64,000 nt of DNA, from the NCBI GenBank assembly GCA_001643675.2, contig LSRY02000024.1, positions 868,001 through 932,000 on the forward strand. The letters are read 5' to 3'. Under the pieces are notes generated by a model. The model saw nothing but the letters and a program-made list of their open reading frames with translations. It searched no databases and was not told the DNA's origin. The DNA is from Monocercomonoides exilis PA203 (Eukaryota > Protista > Preaxostyla). Shown in pieces: positions 56,489 to 64,000 of the stretch (positions within the stretch are counted from its first letter, which is position 1; every line of letters begins with the position of its first letter). The position numbers and the translations under genes were made by a program.

Positions 56489-58031
56489 CACTGACATCGT
56501 TTAAAGTCCGACGCTTATTTTGTTTAACAGTTAACCAGACAAAAGAAGCATTTTTCATTTCGTCTTATATTTATTATTTTATTAATTGTTCAACAAACAA
56601 AACAGTTATCAAACCTCAAAATAGTTTCTTTTTTTGTCATCGAAAAAATGACATTAATAAAATAATGGTAGAGATTAAGGTTAGTAAAGTTAACTGACAA
56701 AAAATAAGTAATGAAAAATAGAAAGATAAAAGATTAGCAAATCCATATTATTAAACATGCATTGAATTCGGAATGCCAAGATCACTGTCACTGAATATGC
56801 AGCTGGAAATCAAAAGGCTTCATGCAAAAGGATTCAGCAGAAATGCTATAGCAAGAATAACAAAAACATAGAGAAAATCAGTCTCAAAATTCATACGCAC
56901 AAAAACACTTATTACACAAAGAATATTCAAATGCAAACCTGGGCATCCAACATTTCTGATAAGAAAAAACAGATATATCGTCAAGAAAGCACTGATAGAA
57001 AAATTGATACATAGGGCAAGAGATATCCCAAAGTGGACAGGTTTCTATTGCGGTCTTTCCGCAGCACGATCACTGCTGCGCAATGTTCCGTCCAAATACA
57101 CACTACGAAAAAAGAAACCATACGAATCGAATTATTCGAAATAACAGAGAAAGGACTTTGCAGAGTGCCATTTGATAGACGATGACAAATGGAATCATAC
57201 CTGTTTCGCGGATGAGAAGAAATTCAACCTTGATGGACCAGATAGTAGAAGGATGACATGGATTCCATCGAATGATCCTATTTCCTTCGATCATCAAAGT
57301 CAGAAACCTCGAAAAGACTTACGGTGTGGGGTGCAGTTGGTATGGATTTCAAAAGTAATTTATTAATATTTGAAAATACGACAAATTCAATTGATAATGT
57401 TAATGTTTTGAAGTACACTCTGAAACCGCAAGCTGATACCAAGTGGTCATTTTTCTGGAGATTTGTTCATGATTAAGCACCAATTCATAAATCAAAGCTA
57501 GTAAAAAAATGCTGTGAAGACAATCGAATTCATTCTGTTTTGTGGCCGCTGTACTCTCCAGATCTAAATCCCATCGAAAATGTGTAGAAAATGTTGAGCG
57601 ATAGGGTTTTAGAGGATGGTGTACCAAAAACATCCATCACACAATTAAAAGATAGTCTCACATCAAATTGGAAAAAATATCACAATTCATGATTAATAAC
57701 ACAATTATGTCAATGTTCGATAGATTATCCGCAGTCATTGAAGCTAAAGGAAGTTACACGAAATATTAAATTAATGAAAAAAGTTTTTGATTATTATTAT
57801 TTTTTTTTTTGAAATTTTTTTATGGTTGTGTTCTTGTTGGAACATTTTTTAACTGGAATGGTTCATTTTTCATTTTATTTTCTTTACTAAAGAAAAATGA
57901 AACAATTTTAATAATGATGATGTTTGTTTATTATTAAATATCATTTAAACATAAAGAAAAAACACAACACACAACTATTTAAATCAAGAGAAAACAATTA
58001 TAAAAAGGTCGGATAGTTTTCGTTGGCACTG
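56489..58031 (+). mobile_element. Tc1/Tc3-like transposon, ~1.54 kb, decayed
   Basis: Left end TA|CACTGACATCG...TCCGAC versus right-end reverse complement TA|CAGTGCCAACG...TCCGAC; encloses a DD34E transposase relic. The left boundary is less certain. Confidence 0.7.
56773..57769 (+). pseudogene. Tc3-like DD34E transposase pseudogene
   Basis: MPRSLS...GFSRNAIAR (HTH); WNHTCFADEKKFNLDGPD; HD*APIHKS (D at 57471); WPLYSPDLNPIENV* with E 34 residues after D; ends GSYTKY*. Several stops and frameshifts. Confidence 0.9.
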
Positions 58032-58530
58032 TAATAATAAAAACAAATGAAGAAGAATTGAAGCAAATGACATCAACAACAGAAAGTGAAGCATCTCAAA
58101 AATAACTTTTGTGATATTATCTGCAAGTATGTTCAACCAAAAAATCATATCAACAAATATTGTAAATTAGAGATAAAATGATAAAATTCAACGCCATTTA
58201 GATTTAAAAAGCCATTGAATAATTTTTAAAGAATACATACACAAATATCAAAGAGCAAGCTTCATCAGTCAACAAAAAAATTTGGTATAAACAGGTTAAA
58301 CTTTAGAAAATTCAAACAACGAACAAAAACAAAAACGAAAGGCTCAAAAAAGAAAAAAAAAAAAGAAAGAAAGAAAAAGAAAGAAAGAAGAATAAAATGG
58401 AACAAAAGCATTTCGGCAAATGTGCAACTTGCCAAACAAAGCTGAAATAAATGCAGCAATAACATCAAAATTACTATTTCCTCACAAAAATCAATCGTCA
58501 GCTTTTTTGTAATTTTTCAGTAATCTCACT

Positions 58531-61500
58531 TCATGCCACTGTCAAGCCATCAACACTTGTCCCTTCATCACTCATTTCTGTTGTTTCTTCCTGATCAATT
58601 GCATCTGATATTGTCACCATCACTGCTCCTCCAGGAAACCGCTCGATGAATTCTCGCTTCAGCCCTGTCAATTCCAGTCTGTCCTCTGGCTGGCCTGACA
58701 GGCAAGCCCGAATAATTTCAAAGAATTCCGATTCCTCCACACCACATATATCGGGTCTTTCATGATTCGCGATCTTCTGCCCCGCCACCTCTGCTGCATA
58801 CTCCCCAAACGGAATCTCTACCGTCAAGCACCCCCACAGCATCATCCCAATCGAAAATGCCACTGACTCCTTTGTTGCTCTCATCTTCTTGTTCATCTGC
58901 AGCTCAGGCGCCTTCCACCTCAGACACTCTTTTTTGAATTCATCCTCTTCCTCGAACGCTGATGAAGGCAGAGAGTCACTTTCATCACTTGCTGATGTTA
59001 CAACAGTTGATGAAGAGTCGGATGAAGAATCAGAATCCTCAGATGAAAGGAAATCAGAATGCATCACAATGCAGATCACCATGTGTTCCGAGAACAGCAC
59101 AATATGAGGACTCAGACTGGCCAAAGAGGGAAGATCATCTTCCTCATCTTCAAACGAGTGCAGTGCTCCATTCGCCACCCAGAATAACACCTGAGCTGCT
59201 GTTTGCTCCCTTTCTTTCAAACTGCCTATTGCCATCTCCTTTTTCTCATTCCTTCCGTGAAGCAACATGAACAGCGAATCTCTCAAGTCCACAATTAGCT
59301 TCTCATGAGGACATGAGCAGGCCATTGCATCCACCAGATTCGACATCGATGAAGTTGTGAGACACAGACTCTCTGATCGAACAAAAGTGGATTCTGTGTC
59401 TGAAGTGTCTGTGGTTGAGGTGGATGAAACAGATGGCGAAGGTGTTCGTTTTCTTGTCTCTTCTTCCTCAACCTTTTCCAATGCCCATTCAGGGATCTTG
59501 TATGAATCTTTCCCCAGGATATATTCAGTGGAGCCACATTCACTCAACAAATGCTCTGACGACTCCGAGTGTCCCAAGCTTTTCTCGTACACCCTCTTCT
59601 TGATCCTCTCTTCATTCTTCTTCTCCGCTTCTCTCTCTGCCCTCCTCCACTGCTCCTCTGGTGACGTCTCCATTGTCACCATCTCAAATGCCTTTGGATC
59701 TTTTCTGATATTATCATTCACAATCTCTCTCAAATCTTTGTTTTCATTCTTAGCTTTTCTCCATCTGATTGCCAGAACAATTGAAACAATGAGAACAATC
59801 AAAAACATCACAACGAGTACAATCACAATCAACAACCAATAAGATTTCCCTTCTTTTCCTCCTTCAACCATTTTATCATTTCCAGTCTTTGGTTCTGTTT
59901 TGTTCTTCAGAATCTGTGGAGAAGTCTCTGCCAATTGCTTTCCAAACAAAATCACCACTGACACCTCCGTCTCATCCGCAACCGTTGTTATCTTGTCTGG
60001 AAGGAATCGTGCCTATCACTTCTGTTTCTGACACAAAACTGCTTTCCTCAAATTCATATGTCTCAACCAATTCTACATCCCCTGTGTTATACTCAAGCCT
60101 GAACGATAGATCACAAGGAAGAAGAAGTGAACCCTTGAATTTCAATTCAATGTTGCTTCCACTTTCATTCACAGAAACTTCTTCCAGTCTGGGAATGAAC
60201 AAAGGCGATGATCTTTCACCTGCAATTCCACCGAGTGTGCATCCATCATTCAAAATCCAAAGCGAAGAATTGTCTTTCAACCCATCTCCTCCTTTCAAGC
60301 TCGAAATGGTCAGTGAAGCAGAATCTGAACAAATAATATTCTGACGAAGAGAAGGATATTTTTCAACGAAAGGATTGTTATTTGCCAGCATTCCCATCTC
60401 GATTACAGTCTTTCCTCCTTTTATCGATATTCCTCCTTTCGATGAATTCTCTATTTTAATTTCAACCATCTGTAAATCGGAGTTTTCAGAATGGACAAGC
60501 GATCCATTCCATTCACATATTTCTTCAAATGCGTTATCATTCCCGCTTTCACTTTCTTTGGCAACCATTCCTGAAAATTGGCACAAGTTCATTGAAACAT
60601 TCCTCAGTTCATTAACATCAATAATGCCTCCTTTGTCAGACAGAGAATTGCAGCTTTCACAAGAACAATTTGAAAGAACGATTTCAGCAGAAGATGAAGA
60701 AGCAGAGAGAACAGAAGCTCCTTCCGAATTCCTCGAGCAGTTCTTGAATGAGGCGCTTCCAATAGAAATTGCTCCTGAGGTTGAGCTGTTAATACCAATG
60801 ATACAGCCTTCTGACAGCTTCACTCCATCTGCACATGCTCCATTAAACACAACACCTCCACATTGCCCAAGCTCAAAAACATTTGCCATTGATTCAATCT
60901 GTTCTAGTTTCACATTCGTCAACGAAATCTCATCTCCACTCAACAGAAATGAAGGCTTCTTGAATGAAAGGAGTGACACTGAGCAGTTGTCAATGTGAAG
61001 AATTCCACTTTCAATGCTCAGCAATGATGAATTCAGAACAACAGCTTCAATACCATTTGACTCTCCAATTGAAGAAAAATCAACAAATGAAAGAGAAAGT
61101 TGTCCGTTTGCTTCATGAATGATTGAACTGCCTGAATACGAAAACAACTGACCAACGCTGAACTTCAATCTTTCAATCCTAACGTTTCCCGATGTCCTGA
61201 TAAGACTGCCCTCATCACCAATTGTTGAGTTCAGATACACAAAGGCAACTGAAGGAGATTTTAATGAGCGAATGATCACATCACGAGCATCACATCCCCT
61301 ATTGATTACCGATTCCTCTGAGATCAGTAGCTGTGAGTATGATGAAGGAATAATGTGCTGAACACCCGCATTCAATGAACGACAAGGCGCGCTGAACTCT
61401 CCACATCGCTTGCTGTCTCCATGATTGTTTGCAACTGAAGACACAAATATCGTCTCACTCTGGTATCTCATAACCCTCAGCAGAAGATCTTCTTCATCCA

Positions 61501-64000
61501 CAAACGAGTCTGTTGTGCAGCCCCACATCGCCAGCTCTTTCGCAAATGGTGCTCTGAAATCCAGCAAGAATTGCCCTTCAACTATTTGTGCATCAATTGA
61601 GTGGCATCGAATATACACGTCTCTCCCCCTCAATGCAGAGTTATCTACGAACGTGATATTTGACAGCACAAAATTCAGAGGCTGCTCGGCTGTCGAGGTG
61701 CATTCCAGAAACAGCCACCCGCCTCTTCCTGTGGTTGAGCAGAAGCACTCAGAAATCGTGCAAAATAAGCAGTCGAAGCTTCCTCCTTCATTCAACATGC
61801 AAAACATCCCTCCTCCCTTTCCACACCTCGTTCCCCCACATTTCTTCATCGTTGTGTTTCGTATCACCATTTTCAAAGGCTCTTCATCATTGTCATGTCG
61901 AATGATGGGAATATCATCTGTTGTGTTCTGGGTGACTTCTTCAAACAAACTCCACTCAATAACAACATCTTGTTCAATTTCATTGTTTTCTCTTCTTGAA
62001 CTCTTTGTTATGCTCAATCCGCTTGCCCCATCCAGCTCAACATTCTTCATCGTCAGGTTTTTTATCCTCAAAATCGTTGTTGGCTGCACAGAAATAACAT
62101 CTTTTGAAAAGCAAAGTGATTGCATTGTCACTAATTCCAACACAACTGTCCCTCCTTCTGCATTGATAAGCCCATAATGAGTCACTTCTTCTCTGTCATC
62201 TCCTTTCTTGGTGAATGAGCAGTCTTTCAGAGTCAGCAGTCCTTCACTTGATCCAATATGCAACAAAACATTGACTCCACTTGTGAATGACAATGGAACA
62301 ACGAAGCTTATCAGTTCGAAATTGGTAATACCCTGAATCTTCATTGCCATTCCTTCTGCTCCTTCAAGTGAAGAGTTACATTCCAAAGAGCAAATGCTGC
62401 TGCTATCCTTCGATTTTATTGAAGCTCCACTCACATCAACACTTTTCCGAAGATATCCTTTTCCAATGATGCTGACATTCCTTTCATTTCCTTCTGACAA
62501 TCTCATTAACGAATAGTCAATTGACAAGCAAGGATAATCTGAGAATCCACAGGCGTGCATATCTCTTCCTTCGCTCCCAATAAATATCTCTGAGCCGAGT
62601 GAGAGCCAGAAATAAATCAGCGGAATGGCATTCGTTGTGTCATTTCCATCAAAGCCTCTCAGGGAATTCAATGAAATATCAGACAGATTCTCAGTCACAA
62701 ATGGAAGAGAAGTGTTTGTGAGACTCTTTGTCAAATTCGATGATTCAACAAACACATCATTTCCATATTTCGCAACATTTGGCTTGTCTGCATCAAAAAC
62801 AGGGGACGAGATCACAAACGAAGAATCGTCATCAATCAACTTCAGCGCCAGCCCTCCCCCAAAGCCAGTCTTCTCTTCTCCAGCTGGTGCTGCGCATCCT
62901 GTGAATGTGCACGAAACAATATTCAATTGAGTATTCCCTTTCAACTGAGCATTTAAAGCCCCTCCTCTGCTTTCATCAGCCATCACAGAGCATCCATCAA
63001 AATCACATTCTTCAATATTTATTTCTGCATTTGAATTTTCATCATGGCCGTTGTCAAAGCTCACACAGCCTCCACTTCCAGCTGCCCTTTCGATTTCTGT
63101 AAAATTGCTGTTCGTCATGTTCAGCCAGGGAGTATTCATAAACTCTGCCTCTGTGCTGCTTCCTGACAAAGAGATCAATGGACTTCCACTCAAAGCGATT
63201 GATGAAGCTGAGAATTTGTCGATTATCAGGATCCCTGACTCAACTGACAAGAACAGAAATGTCAATTCTGATGAAGGATCTTGAAGAGTTAAAGAACATT
63301 GAGACAAAGTCAGTGATGAAGAAGAAGAAGAAATGAAAGTTGAGCGCGATGAAAGAGAAGATGGAAGAGAGAAGATGAGTTTTGATAATTCTGTTTCAAA
63401 ACTTGCTGTTGTCATTGCTGAGTTTAATGGTGAGCTGGCATCAGACACAGTCCAACCACTTTGATCATCATTTCCTCTGATCTCATGCTTCTGTTCAGCA
63501 AAGGTCAATTCATCGTTCATCAAAATCATTCCACTCACAACAACTTTCTTTGTTTCTGTTTGACGTGTGAGTGAGTGCTTCATTGTCAAACAAGGGAATT
63601 GGACGATTCCACAATGTGAGTGATCGGATGCCTCAGTATTACTCACATATATTTCTTCTGGGGTTGGAAGGAGATAGATGCACAGAGGAATAGCGACGCT
63701 CGTATTTCCATTGTCATATCCTCGCACTTTGTCAACAGAATCTGATGATGAGGTTACACATGCAATTTTTCTTGAAGTTGCAGTTTCTTCCAGATTGGGC
63801 GATAAGACGAAGATGTCTCTTCCCCATTTGGCCGTGTTTGTGCCAACGGAAGAAGAAATCAAGAAATCTGGATTTTCATTCAATAATCGAAGAAGAATTC
63901 CTCCACCTAGTCCGTACGATGCAGAGCAATAGCACCCATCAAAAGCTCCATCTTTCACCTTCACTTCATTCTCATTCCCTGCACACAGCATCATCGAGCC
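58531..64000 (-). pseudogene. Large surface receptor-like gene (beta-helix ectodomain + TM + degenerate kinase C-lobe), frameshifted at ~59998; 5' end beyond the window
   Basis: The ectodomain has GG-x-h repeats and three copies of a (I)Y/FV...D...CG....PC motif. Removing 1 nt near 59998 fuses the ORFs as GTIPS-DKITTVADETEVSVVILFGK. TM WLLIVIVLVVMFLIVLIVSIVLAI; kinase-like motifs LRWKAPE, FSIGMMLW, IPFG, CL..PEDR, with no HRD or DFG. Confidence 0.75.

Noticed and set aside
1-64000. tRNA, rRNA, CRISPR array, telomeric repeat, U12-type introns
   Set aside because: No cloverleaf/T-loop motif, rRNA-like block, regularly spaced repeat-spacer array or RTATCCTT donor at an inferred junction was seen by eye. 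A covariance-model scan would be needed to exclude small ncRNAs.

Overview
Gene-dense, intron-containing, AT-rich eukaryotic (protist) nuclear DNA using the standard genetic code. Short GT-AG introns, pervasive poly-Ser/poly-Glu tracts and a beta-helix/TM/degenerate-kinase surface-protein gene suggest an oxymonad such as Monocercomonoides (inference only). A block of about 47 kb (8.3-54.9 kb) holds recognisable genes: SPB1/FTSJ3, a class-I glutamine amidotransferase, an RBR E3 ligase, ALG13, a bacterial-type nucleoside-deoxyribosyltransferase-fold protein, proteasome beta7, ALG1, RPS3, long-form tRNase Z and a membrane-anchored 5'-nucleotidase, plus several large low-complexity proteins. DNA transposons bracket the block. 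On the left is a 4.6 kb pogo/Fot1-like DD35D element with a nested 240 bp MITE. On the right are a 1 kb foldback element and a decayed Tc3-like DD34E element, next to a frameshifted receptor-pseudokinase gene. The main leads are: (1) the intron-bearing, apparently bacteria-derived NMP-glycosidase-like gene; (2) a giant protein with three HOY1/TRF2-type PH-like repeats, Zn fingers and a CXC module; (3) a GTTTG-dominated 5' splice-site consensus; (4) the TIR elements not visible in the ORF track; and (5) very large microsatellite-derived insertions in conserved enzymes. All gene models were built by eye and need RNA-seq confirmation. No tRNA, rRNA or CRISPR array was seen.
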